A DNA stretch of 64,000 nucleotides from Camelus dromedarius (GCF_036321535.1 NC_087437.1:78804001-78868000); one strand, 5' to 3'. Positions 26,476 through 39,399 are shown, counted from the stretch's first letter. Numbers and translations: made by a program. The notes: a model not told the origin generated them from the letters alone.

Positions 26476-28249
26476 ATTATCATGTAGTTTATTTATTTTC
26501 TTTCTTCTTCTTCTTCTTTTTTTTTTTTTCCCCAACATTCTGCCTTTTTCTGGGCCTGGCAATTCTTCCTTAAATCCTTACATTGTGCTTGAAAAATTAT
26601 AAAGTATATGGATGTTCTCTTCCTGCAGAGAGTGTTCACACTTTATTGTTAAAGGAAAAAGTAAGGAATATGGGTTGATTACATTAATTAAGGTGCGTTG
26701 TAAGATAGTTCATATTTAGATCTTTAGGGGTATTTTATGAAGCTACTCACTCACCTACACACAGGTCTTGAACTCTAATAATTATTTTTAACTACTATCT
26801 TCCCAGAACTGCAGACTGTCAAAATACTTACTCTGACATTTTTAAACATTCTGATTGACTTATTGGCTTCATGCTTTGTGCAGTTTCACAGCTGAACAAT
26901 ATCTGGAGAAAGGGGCATCAAACAGTTTATAGCACTCTTTTCTCTACAGTTTATAGCTCTATTTTTGGAAAACTGAAAACTCTTCTTTTTTCCCTCAGGA
27001 TTATTAATATCTCTGTTGTTTTCTCTGTCTCTTAGTAGAGGCCTTTAGTCCTTTTGAAAAGTATTTTCAGAATCTTTCTTGACACAGAATTTTAGGCGAA
27101 TGACCTATAAGAGAAAACAGTTGATGACTATTTCCTTGTATATTAGTATGTTTATATTTATCCATTGATTATTTTCTTCCTCATGTTATTTTGGCTTGAT
27201 AATTCTCCAATCATTTCAAGTTTAATTTTAGTGTTTTTTTTAAAGATTTTAGCTGGCTTTTTAAAGCATTTTCTATGAAAACATTGGTCTACTACAAGCT
27301 ATTCATTTGTATTGAGATGTGGATGCCTGAAGGCCTAAACCTGAATGAAATATATATGAAAATGAATGCATATATTCATCATATATCTTAATGAGATATA
27401 ATAGGTCTTTAAATACTATTTCGTTGCTGCCATGAAAATGGAAATAAAATGTCAGCCATCCAAAAATTAATAATATTGCTACTTAAAATGTATATTTCAT
27501 TTGAGTATTAGTGTACATCCTTAAAATTGGTCCTGTGTGCAAGGACTTTGCAAGATTCCATTTGTCTTAAAGCAAATAACCCGAGAAGGGTTCATGAGAG
27601 ATTCTTTTTTGTGGCGGTGAAAAAAACATGTTTAAAAAAATAAAGTCTGAGGCAAAGAATGGTTCAAGTGTCAGTGCAGAATAAAATGTAATTGGGGATA
27701 CTTGCTCACTATTAGTTAAATTCTACCTTGGTTAAATTTTGTTACTGAAAGAAATTATATTTTATTCTAATTTAAAAAAATTATAATCTTATTCTCTCTC
27801 TCCAAATTAATACATTTTTACTTTTTATAGTGAAATCATAGAATTTTATTATCCAACTGCCATTATTATAAAATTAAAAGTAAATAATTTTCATTTTAAA
27901 AAATAAACAGTAGAGAAAATAGAAATAGATGCCTTACTCTCTTTGACAAAGTTTTATTTCCCTCCCCTCAATGAAAAAAGTAGTTCATAGTTCATGCACA
28001 GTGGTATTATTTAGTGTCCGATTTTATGTGGATTATTTTATAATTCAGCTTCCTAACTTATTATTAAATCAAGACAGCATACAAAGAGATAAAGGATTAT
28101 TTCACTACTTTTTAAAGTATGGACTTAATGAAAGACACACAGTTTTTATTATTCATTCATTTTATAACTAGAATTCTGCATTTCTTCTCCCAGAAACCTA
28201 AAAATAAGGAATATATGTTCGCTACTTCAAACAAATAATCTTTTAAAAT

Positions 28250-29720
28250 TATCTGTGCATTCTCAGGGAGTATCATAAGGCCTAGAACATATAAGAGATA
28301 AGTCGTAGTACATCTTTTATAGTATGTGATAAAAACTACAAGAAGAGGTGAGTGATGGAAAAGATAGAAAAAAACAAAACAAACAAACTAGGTTGTTCAA
28401 GAATAACTGTTTAGAAAGAAGACTTAAAGGAATGGAAAGATAATCCCATGCTCTTGGATTGGAAGAATCAATATTGTTAAAATGGCCATACTGCCCAAGG
28501 CAGTCTACAGATTTGCAGATACTGACTGGTATATATAAAACAGATAAACAAGTTTATACTGTATAGCACCGGGAAATATATTCTATATCTTGTAATAGCT
28601 TACGGTGAAAAAGAATATGAAAACGAGTATGTATATTCATGTATGACTAAAGCATTGTGCTGTTCACCAGAATTTGACACAACATTGTAAACTGACTATA
28701 CGTCAATTAAAAAAAAAAGTAAAAAAAAAATGATTGTTTAGGAAGTAATCTTTAATTTGGGCTTTATAGAATGTGTAGGTGTTTAAGTTATTCAGTTAAA
28801 GAGTCAGTAAGACAAAAGGAAATATACAGAAAAGAACACTTGACATCTAAGCATGGTTTAATTTAAATGTTGAATATAAATAAAGGAATATTGTTAGATA
28901 AAACTAGAAAAAATGGATTGAGAGATAAGGTTATGGAAAGGCCTTATTGCCAGACAAGAGATAATACAGGCTGGAGAAAAGAAACAGTAAGAAATAAGCA
29001 GATAAGTGAAATAGTTATGAAGACACTTAAAGCAGCTAGATATGTGGTAAAAGACATTTAGAAACTTGAAGAGTGTGAGATTAGTTCTACCAGTTAGGAA
29101 ATTACAATATACTAAAACCAAATGCTCATAAAATCATGAGAATTTAATGCGATGCAGTGATGGTGGGTCTGTGATCATGTGATGGAAAAAATAGTAATCA
29201 TGAATTAAATTGATAACTAATTGAATATAGAACAGTGTGAAGGGCCAAAGACTGCTCTAAGGTTAAAGGTATACCTCCCTGGAAAAATAATATTCAGATA
29301 AGATCATAAATGGTTAATGAGAAGAATAATTTAGTTTTGCCCAGTTGACAAAGGGAGCAGGGAAGATGAAGGATCTTTTGTGCAAAGTCAGTTTTGATGA
29401 TCTATCAAGGTATGCAAATGTAAATGATTACTAGACCTTTGCACACGCAGAAGAGATTACTGAAGTGTGAGAAGCCATACTCTGAATGGCTGGGTACTAT
29501 ATGTGTGCAAGTCAAAGATGAAGAAGAGTGTGGAAAAGGGAGGAGGGATGAGATGAGGAGACATCTGTTTCTCTCAGAGAGGTTTGATAGGTTAGGTGAA
29601 GAAGAAAACATTAAATGTGAAATGAGAAAAATGAAGGTCAGGGTCCTATTTTTTTCTAATAAAGAAAAGAAATCAGAGTCTTTTTTGACTTAGTCATTAG
29701 TTGGATAAAAATTAGTTTCA
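28250..29720 (-). mobile_element. Decayed L2 LINE interrupted by a young L1
   Basis: Purine-rich antisense L2 phrases (ggaaaggccttattgccag, ttgataactaattgaatatag, aagactgctctaaggtt). Confidence 0.6.
28419..28728 (+). mobile_element. Young L1 with internal deletion (short ORF2 piece joined to the distal 3' UTR), poly-A and TSD
   Basis: ORF2 piece encoding [23 protein letters not shown] fused at AGATT (28509-28513) to the 3' UTR; TSD aataactgtttagaaag / aatgattgtttaggaag. Confidence 0.92.
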
Positions 29721-31639
29721 GTTGGCTGGAGTAAGGAGCTTCTTGTGAATCATTGATATGTAACCAAAATTACTGACTCATGTGTTTGCATGCACTATGC
29801 TTACTTATAGGCAACTTATTTATTCTTTAGCTTTACCAGTTACATTTGTCAATGACTTTTTAAAATCTTCTATACACATGACTTTCCTTTGAATAATAAT
29901 ATTTACTCTGTTGCCTGGGGTCACACAGTAAGCCCACGAAATAAGACATGCAGCATAATTACAATGTTCTTTCTTTTTGTAAGCTCCTAACAGGGAAATC
30001 CCTAGCTGGTCTTAAAGGCCACTAGGGCAACATGTAGATATTTCTTTTGAAGCATAAAGGTTAAGAAAAACGTAGTTCCCAGCAAGTAATCGATATAAAA
30101 AAGATTAGGACCCCATAAGTGAGTTCTAGCAATCATGTTCCTGCTGAAAACCTGTAAAGCTAAGTGTCTTGCAAGCCACGCAATATCCTTTCTAAACCTT
30201 CTAGAGCACACATATCATTATACAATTTGGCAATCTTTAAACCAGATGGGGATCAATGTTTTCAGTGTGCTACATTATACTTTACTCTTATAGAAGCTGT
30301 AGGTAATAAATGTTTCTGCATCCAATTTAAAGAAAATCCATTATGCAAATATAATAATTTCTGCATAAAATCCTTGATGTTACAGTTCAGTATCCTGTAT
30401 CAGGCTGACTAATGACTTCTCCAAATAAGTTTGTTCAAACAAGGAAAAAACATAAAATACAGTTAATGTGTGTGTAGCCATTATAATAGAAGGGAACAGT
30501 AGCAGTTAAATCTCCAGAATTTCTCTTTGAAAATTATTTTTATTCTGAATGATTAAGGCAGTCTTCTAACTTTTTGATGAACACTTTTTTTTTCTGCATG
30601 GCTTTCTAGCATCTATTTTCCCTTAAAATATCTTCCTATATATCACATGGTTATAAATATGACCACATGTAAAAATGACATTAGTATATATTTGTATATA
30701 GACACACAGAGACATACAGAAATATTACATCTTACTTTCCTCTGGTTAATTAAAATTATAAACTCTTACTTTGTTAGACTATTCCAGGATGAATATATTG
30801 AGCTATATGTTCATTTTTTTAATGATATGATATTAATAGTTAATATATCCGAAACTCTCAAGGTGAAAAGATAGGGATAAAGAAGAGAAATGTAATTTTC
30901 AGTTTCTTGAATAAGCATTAAAGAATAACCTGGTATATGACATTGGAGCCCCTGTTACTGGGTCTGACTTGCCTTGCAGGGATCAGTTGGCAGTCTCAGA
31001 GCCCACGCATATGTTGGCCTTCGTATCTTCCATGGTGCAAATCCAGGAGGAGCCTTAAACTCTACCAGATTCTGGAAAGTTCCCAGTACTCCCTCAACAT
31101 TCACAGCTTCGTAACTATTATCTGCCTTGGTTCTTTCAGCACAAAAATTATCGTGTGCTCTGCCTCTGTTTTGGACCAACTGCTTTTCACGCACAAGACT
31201 CCCAGGCCTTTCTTCACACCTGGAATCTCATGTCTCTCCACGTTGTCTTTTCTGTTCTGTCACTCCTCTTGAACTCTTTGAACGTTTCTATGCTGCTTCC
31301 AGGACCTATAAAAATCTCCTAAATTATTTATTTCTTTTTTGAAAGTTCCCCTCATCCTTTCTCCAAGGAAAAATAATCCAATCTAGCCTGCATAAGTAGT
31401 TGTTTTATTTTACCCATACTTTGCATATCACTGGTCCTGAAAATGAGTATTATACTATCAAATCACAGTCTTCTTTCATGAAATTATCTAACAATTCTTA
31501 AGCACTTCTTGGTATTCCTAGATTCTTTATGCATTTAGCTATCTTTCTCCATTAGTACTAGCATCTTTCTTGGTTACCTCAGTGTTCCAACTAATGCTGT
31601 ACAGTCAGAACCATAGCTTTCTCTCTTCCAGTGACTTTC

Positions 31640-32090
31640 TTGAACTACTGTCCTCCATTTTAGCCCCTCCAGCCTCCTTTTTGTTCCTAGGACATACCAG
31701 GCATGCTTGCACCTTAGAGATTTGGACATGCTATTCTTTCTGCCTGAATACTCTCCTGCACACATTCACATAGCTTGTTGCCCATCCTCTAAAAGTCTTA
31801 GTTTGTCATCTTCTTATTGAGTCTTTCCCTTTCTAATTTAAAACTGAAAACTCACTTGTCCCTGCATTCCTTATCTTCTTCTTTCCTTGATTTATGTTTT
31901 CCCTATAGCACTTCTCACATCTAATATACTATATATTTTGCTCATTTTATCCATTTATATTATTCATACTGTGGCACTCATTTTAAGAATAAATTCCACA
32001 GAGGCCTATTATTCTCTGTTTCCTTCACTGTTGTGTCTTCAGGGCCTGAAAGAGTTACTGGCACATGGTAGATTTAAAAATAATTAAAAT
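31640..32090 (+). mobile_element. L2 (L2a-like) 3' end
   Basis: cagcctcctttttgttcctaggacataccaggcatgc...tttctgcctgaatactct...ctggcacatggtaga. Confidence 0.85.
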
Positions 32091-32210
32091 TATTCTTATT
32101 TATAAGTAGTAAATACTCCATATGACCAGTGACTTAAAAAAAGAGTGTTAATTTATTCACTGGTTGATTTATAAATTAACAAATCTGTCTTTTAAATTTG
32201 CCCATTTATC

Positions 32211-32307
32211 TTTTTTTTTTTTTAATGGAGGTACTAGGGACCGAACCTAGGAGCATGAACTCATGCATGCTAAGCACTCACTTTATGACTGAGCTATACC
32301 CTCCCCC
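32211..32307 (-). mobile_element. tRNA-Ala-derived camelid SINE (Vic-1 type)
   Basis: Minus strand reads GGGGGAGGGTATAGCTCAGTCATAAAGTG...CTAGGTTCGGTCCCTAGTACCTCCATT plus poly-A; A-box and B-box remnants present. Confidence 0.88.
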
Positions 32308-32998
32308 CATCTTATATTCTAAATACTACATTTGTCAAAATAAATCTTTGGAAATTTGTTTATACCAGAGAATTTATATGATAAATCTGAATTTGTTGCT
32401 GTTCTTGAAGTCTAACCATGAAAGAGATTAAGGTTTATAATCAGAATGGAATAATTGTGTAATGAGCAAATTATAGAATGAGTAAATAACACTCAACAGA
32501 ACCAAATAATACCATCTTTCAAAATAAGAAGAAAACAATAAACAAATAAGATATCATAAATTAAGTGAAAAGAAAATGATAAAGAAATAGGATGTAATTT
32601 CTTAACACATCCTTTACTATCTAATAATTTGTAAAAATATCTAAATGAAAACTAACCAAATTGGAAAGTGTTGCTCAAATAACTCAATCTATTAAAAAAT
32701 CTATAGTTTAACATAAAGGAAATCTTTCTATGCTTATATTAGCTAGATGGATATGAGTACTTACAGAGAGCTAAATAGAACTATAAATTTCCTAAAACTT
32801 ATTATAGAGTCATTGAGGTAAAATCCCTAATTAGGAATGTACCTAACTAATAATATCTTTGTCAGCAAATAATATTCAAATTTTAAAAATATTCAATTGT
32901 ATATATATCATCCCTCACTTTTAAGCTTATTTCCTTCTCTCCCATTGTAGCAATTAATGGTCCCATGCTGGCCCTTGGTGCATGAACTTGGAGATGCA

Positions 32999-33180
32999 AG
33001 GATTGCAAATAAAACAAGAATCCCAGTTAAATTTAAATTTTAGATAAACAACATGTATATTTTCAAGTATAATTGTATCTCAGGCAATAATTAAGATGTA
33101 CTTATTGTACTAAAATTTACTTACTGTTTATCTTAAACTAAAATTCAACTTAGCATTCCCTATTTTATTTGGCAGCCCTA
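32999..33180. mobile_element. MER53-like hAT MITE (palindromic)
   Basis: Arms cccagttaaatttaaattttagataaacaac and tgtttatcttaaactaaaattcaacttag; terminal ggcagcccta. Confidence 0.85.
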
Positions 33181-34049
33181 CTCAGGTCTCCTGACTATCT
33201 CCAAGTACTCCGTATGTGTACCTTTTTACCTCTAACTTCTCAAACTTATTTATCTGTGCCATATTTTCTTAGAGACCTATCGAATATTGTTTTTTGTGAC
33301 ATGTATTCTAGTCTAGTATAAATCAGAATGTGGGTTATTAAATGAAGTAGGTAATTTAAGTCACCTAATAGATTAGGCTGTTAGTACCTATACTACTCAT
33401 CTTGTGCTCTCCCTGTGATTCAGACAGATCATAAAACATATCAAGGGTTTAATTCTGTGTTTTTCTTTAAGAAGGAACATCAAGAAATTTTATTAAAAAT
33501 ATTTTGCATTTTAGATATGCTTGTAGCCAATTAATACTATTATTTCTGGTTTAGCATAAGAATGGGATTGGAAGTGTAGTGAGCAAAGCTTATTTTGGGG
33601 TGCTTCTCAAAAAATTGTTGAAGGCAGTTGCCTTCTACTTGTCAATCATAACAGTTCTTTAAAAAATGAGTATGATAGAACCTTATCTTGAAAGCAGTGG
33701 AAATTTATTAATCAACTGATTTTTAGAAATAAATAAAACTGGACAAGTGATAAAATATTTAGCTAGTCAGTCTCTAGTAATTATTTTTGGCTTTTGTGAG
33801 AAAAGCAATAAAAAGAACCAAAATCAGTAGATTTTTAAGTTCTTCAGAAAGTTGAAGCTGATTAGTGTAAACTAAATGAAGAAATATAGCAAAACTATAT
33901 ATGAATAAATTCAGCAGATACAGATCTGTGAAATTTATCTACAACAGATTTACAATTTGTCTTCAAAAGCTTAATTTCTAATATCTTCAAAAAAGTGCCA
34001 CTGAAACACAGTTTTCTTTTTGTGGAAGAATTGTGCTGCTGCTTTAAAG

Positions 34050-34170
34050 AAGCTAACATGGAAGATAGAATATATTTTATATATGTAAACATAGAAGATA
34101 GAATATATAAACACATATATACATATATACATACATAATGTACATATACATATACATACATATATATATT
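34050..34170. repeat. Short direct duplication (aacat.gaagatagaatata) followed by a degenerate (TA/CA)n microsatellite
   Basis: Read directly from the sequence. Confidence 0.8.
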
Positions 34171-35574
34171 TGAAAATTTGCTATAAGGATTATAACTAGA
34201 ATCAAAGTAGGAAGATGTATTTAACTGTACACTTTAGAGTTTTCCCAGTTTCTCCTTTCCTTCAAGTCCAATTACCCAATATGTTTGACATTCTGATTTT
34301 TATAGACATATATCATAGAGAATGACTGAGTCAACTCATATTCTATCAAAACTCAGTTTTTTCATCTCTCCTACTCATTCACACAGGCAGACACACACAC
34401 ATGTTGCAAACCACACACACATACATTCTTATACCTGAATAGTGTACAATAGCATTGATTCCTGTTGTGAAAGAGACTGAAACAGATAACTCAAGATTTT
34501 TAAAATAAATTTTAATGGATTTGAAAAGAAAGAAATACACTTTGATTTCATTCCTAAGTAATTTTGATTGAACTCAGATTTGAGAAATCATTCCAGTAAC
34601 TCTATATCTTTCTCATCTATTAGTAAAATTTTTCCCGTCTTGGCATTCTGCCATTGAGATTTCTCTCTTCAAGAAACTATAAAATCAGAGCCTACAAAAG
34701 TCCTGAAAACTGTTCATGATTTTTGGTTCCCTTTAAGTTAAAACAACAATAATAACAACAAACAACAAAGTAAGATTAAGTTTTTTTTTCTGATATATAT
34801 TGCTTTTTTTTTTTTTTTTTTTGATGTATACCCCAGGGCCAGTGCCTCTCAAAACTCAGAGCCTCAGAGAATTCCACAACCCTGTAACTCCCAGTGCAGG
34901 CTCCCCATCTGTTGGGTGAATGGACCCCAGAGAAAACTGAGGTAAGTTCTGGATGTAAGGTGTGGCAGAGATAATGGAGGTTTTAAAGCAGTTGTCACTC
35001 CTCCAGAAATACTGATGTTCACATAACTCTCAAAATTCTTTGCATCAATCAGTTTAACTTCAAAAACTGTATTTCTCCAAACAAAAGAAGCCCCTTTACC
35101 CTTTTTGTAAGTAACTTGTGTTTCTTCCCTCTTACTGGCAGCTTGGGAGCTGTTGTCACTGAGGTAGTTTAAGATGCCTGCTCTGAGATTGCATTTTATA
35201 CTCTCAGTCTTATATGACCATCCTTAGAATACCCCACCACCATGCCTCCCACCACCAACTGAACAATACATTGTATCTGTGACTAACTCGGGAGTTTCAA
35301 CTATTGTTTTATTGTTTTCAGCATAGCTTTTAACTCAATCATTTAAGTTTTCAGTTTGAAACTGAAAACTGAAAATTTACCAGACCTAAGTATTTTAAGT
35401 TACTTTGAAATAAAATCACATAGACGAACAAGTACAGTTAAATAAAGCCAGTGACATCAAGGGGATGATTTTCTAGAGTTCCAAAAATATTCAGTATTTT
35501 TGAAAAACTCTACTCTGTTCTCCACTTTGTCTCTAATGAAGTGCTCATGTAGCGTTCAATCAATTAAAACAAAT

Positions 35575-36180
35575 ATTTCATTGTGTTTTTAATTTGTATT
35601 TTCCTGATGATTAGTGACATTGAGCATTTGTCATATACCTGCTGGCCATTTGTATTTCTTCTTTGGAGAAGTATCTACTCAAGTCCTTAGCCAAGTTTTA
35701 AGTCAGGTTATTAGTTTTTTGTTATTGAGTTGGAGGAATTCCTTATATATTTTGGAGATTATACTTTCATCTGATACTTGATTTACAGACATTTTCTCCC
35801 ATCCTGTAGACTGTCTTTTCACTCTGTTGATTGTTACCTTTGCTGTGCAGAAGCATTTAGTTTGATATAGCTGGTGGAAATGCAAAATGGTATAGCTGCT
35901 ATGAAAATAGTACATCAATTCTTCAAAAATTAAAAATCAGAAGTACCATGTGATCCAGCAATCTGACTTCTCCGTATTTATCCAAAAGAATTGAAACCAG
36001 AATCTTGAAGAGATATTAGTGCTTCAGTATTCATTACAGCACCATCTACAATAGCCAAGGTGTGAAATGCTGTACAGCACTGTGCCTGTAGTCAGCAACA
36101 ATGTACACTTAAAAACTTTTAAAACGGTAGACATCTTGTTACATATTCTTACCACAACAAAATAAAAAGTAAAAAATAAT
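35575..36180 (+). mobile_element. L1 (L1MA-age) with inverted 5' segment (35575-35869 on minus) and a deletion near 36065
   Basis: Antisense ORF2 (TKCFCTAKVTINRVKRQSTGWEK) then sense gctggtggaaatgcaaaatgg, ending cttaccacaacaaaataaaaa. Confidence 0.88.
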
Positions 36181-36999
36181 ATATATCGATCATTTCATGT
36201 TTAACCTAGAATAACTACTATGTTAATATAGAGTTAAGATAAATGTATTGATTTACATGTGGATTTTAGGTCACTATATTCTTTTTCTAATTGCTAATAG
36301 AAAGTTATTAATTATATTACTGAAAGTTTATATTTTTTCATACATTATAAAACCTATTTGCAGAATCAAACAAATGTTTTTTTATAACATGCATTTCTCC
36401 TTTTTATTCTGTAAACATGATTAATGTACATGTAAGAATTGTTTGGGGCCATCAATCAAGGTTTTCCTTTTTTTTGATTAAAATAAGTTTTACATAGAAA
36501 ATCATGCATGTCATAACCACAGTTGGCATACAAAGTGAAAACCTACTGTATTCCAACTTTGTACTAAGATCTAGGGTTACAATCTAGTGGGGGAAACAGA
36601 CAAAAACAAATAACCAGTCAAATAAAATAGCACGTTGTGGTAAGAGCTAAGAGGAGAGAACCAAGTATCTGACAGTGAGTAATGATGAGGCAGTAAGAAT
36701 GAAGGAGTAATAAGTTAATTAAGGTAGACTTCCCTTTGAAGAAATGAGGAGGTATATTCAAAGGTTAAGAAGGAAAGTCATGTCAGGATAAGGAGGAGAT
36801 TAGGATCCCTGAAGCAAGAAAAAGCTTGATATATTTGAAAAACTAGAAGAAGTTTCGAATGGTGAACATGCAGTAAGTAAATGGTAAAGTAGCACTATAC
36901 CAAATGAGATAGATTGGTACAGGCTGTGCGGGGCATCTCAGTCATAATAAAGAGACTAGATTTCCTCTTTTGGTAAAAATTGATACAAGAAAGTGACAG

Positions 37000-37657
37000 T
37001 ATCAAGGTAGTGAATATAGTTGTCCCTGAGTGTCCATGGGGCGTTGTTTCCAGGATTCCCTGAGAATACCAAAATTCACAGATGCTCAAGTCCCTTACAT
37101 TCAGCCAATATAATCCACAGTTGGTTGACTCCGTGGATGCCGAGCCTGTGGACAAGGACAGCTAGCCGTTGCTGGAACTGTTACCTTATTTGCAAACTTA
37201 TAAGTTAGCCTGTCAGAGTCAAAGTGGAAGACTACTGGTAGAAGACTTCATACTTTTGAGCCAGAAACCAAAGACATTATTGTTTGTAATACAGCAAGTA
37301 CCATGAGGATCAACATATTTGTGCCAGTTCCCCTTGCCTCTGATTCCCACAGCAGCAACACAAATGGGCCACAGAGGTGCTGGAACAGGCATGGATTGTG
37401 TTGCAGGAGAGGGACCCTGAGCTTATGGAACATGAATCTTTTGTAAAGAAAAAACTTGTCCCCCTTTTCCCGTAAAATACATGATTCTTACTATCTTGGA
37501 CAGTAAGCATGCCTACTCTTTGCTTAGTAGGAGAGTCTTTCTGTATCTTTGTCATACAACATCCTTGAAAAGATAATCTAGAACAAAGGGAGATCAGTGT
37601 CTCTGCTCACAAGACATGCAGACATGCAAGAAACCCATGGAGAATTGTATTCCAACA
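37000..37657 (-). mobile_element. ERVL solo LTR, LTR40-like
   Basis: Minus strand begins TGTTGGAATACAATTCTCCATGGGTTTCTTGCATG, as recalled for LTR40; approximate TSD gacag / gtcag. Confidence 0.8.
37017..37169 (+). mobile_element. MER2-like Tigger MITE with internal deletion
   Basis: gttgtccctgagtgtccatggggcgttgtttccagga...gatgctcaagtccctt joined to atccacagttggttgactccgtggatgc. Confidence 0.85.
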
Positions 37658-39399
37658 GTCAGACTCTGATGTATATTTTAAGCAAATCACTAAGATTCAC
37701 ATAGTAGTGAAAGAACTGAGAAGAGGCAGGTGTTTATGTAGGATGACCACTGGGATGCCATTACTTTACGATGAAATGGACATGGGCAGAAGAGGAGATA
37801 ATTCTGGCTTGAACTAGGCATATGACTGGGAAAATCAGCAAAACTGAGGGAGTTAGTATAAGTTTGCAGGCAAAATTGACAGAAATTGTTGATTTGTGCT
37901 TAACTGGATATGTGAGATAATTCAGAAGGAAACAATTTATTAGAATAGAGATGACTGATAGAAGAGGATACAACCATTTTTATTTAGTCAGTCAAGAGTT
38001 TAGTTTTGAATATGGTAGACTTAATGTAAAGTAATGAATATGTACAAGATGGGGCTCAAAGGATAAGTCTAGTGAATATAATTTTGGAATCAACAGTAGG
38101 ATGATGTATGAATCTTTGAGATTGGATAAAATGACTTAAGGAGAAATACATGGGAGAAAACAAGAGAAATCTCAACTGAATATCAAGGAAAACCACTTCT
38201 AAATCATGTATATAAAATGTAGCACCTGAAAATTTAGCAAATAGAGGCAAAAAAGAGAGTTATTGTACCAAAAAAACCAAGTAAGTTCAGTGTTGGAGGA
38301 AGAGTACAGACATCTGGTTCAAAAGGTCCCAATTAACAACTTTGTTAGTCATGAATTTTGAAAGCTTAATGGAGTGAACTTTCTAACTAGTACAATATCA
38401 CAATTTTTTCCTTCAAGAAATAACTCATAACTAGAGTAAATATTGGCCAAGAAATTCAGAACTACAGTTGAAATTGTTACACATTTTATAATTAAAATTG
38501 CCCGTCTAACATCTGTGACAAAAAGAAAAATACAAAAGACAGTTACAAGTGAAGTGCTGCATCTTATAAACCATGTGAATGTAAAAGTAATAGAACAGAT
38601 AGACAGAAGCTGGTAGTAGAGGAGCCTCTTAAAGTGGAAAATCAGGTGCTAGAATAAAGGCATTAATTTCTTATTCTTACATAGTGAGAAATCGAGAGAC
38701 AGTCTGAGGTCCATAAAATGGTGAACAAAAGTTAGCGTATCTTATTTAAAATTCCACAGAAGCAATGAGCATGAAGACTGTTGAGAGTCTTGTGAGAATA
38801 GTTTCACTTCTAAAAGAGACCATATGACAAGGTGTCTTTTCTTCCTCCTCTGGATTTTATGTGAATTACTTGATGTCTGGAACCTGAGTAATCAATTTGC
38901 TACCTCTAAATATGAAATAAATTCTGCAGATGGCAGAATGGACCAGAAAGAACCTAGGTTCTTGATAATAAAATTGAGCTTCTAAAATAATTAACTCTGA
39001 AGTCTGTGAAAATATGAAATAGTGAAGTTGTATGAAATAAAATAACAGTATACTATATTTTAAGCCAGACTGAGTTACATGCATGCAGTTGAAAGCATTT
39101 TAACTATGGAAATTTATTAGTGGAAACCATACAATGGTGGTAATTTAAGAAATGAATATATACTTAATTGTTTAGAATTCTCTTGGTAATCAATGAGTAA
39201 CTAAAAACAAAAGATGCCTAACTCTAGTAAGTGGGGGTAGAATAGGATGAGAAGGATTTAGTTTTGTAAAAATTTCCATTTATTGTCATTCAGTAGTTTT
39301 ATTCTTCCCCTATAAACCATCCCATACTCCTGTGCATATTATCACTTACCTAATTTGCCAGATATTCAGAGGCAAAATAATAACAATAATATATAAAAA

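Larger units (their letters stand above)
36540..38330 (-). mobile_element. L2 LINE interrupted by an LTR40-like element
   Basis: acaatctagtgggggaaacagac, caagagtttagttttgaatatgg, aattttggaatcaacagtag antisense L2 phrases. Confidence 0.8.

Noticed and set aside
30000..30027. Small hairpin ccctagctggtcttaaaggccactaggg
   Set aside because: Too short for a pre-miRNA; expected by chance in 64 kb.
32211..32307. Possible tRNA gene
   Set aside because: Degenerate cloverleaf with an insertion and a poly-A tail; it is a SINE.
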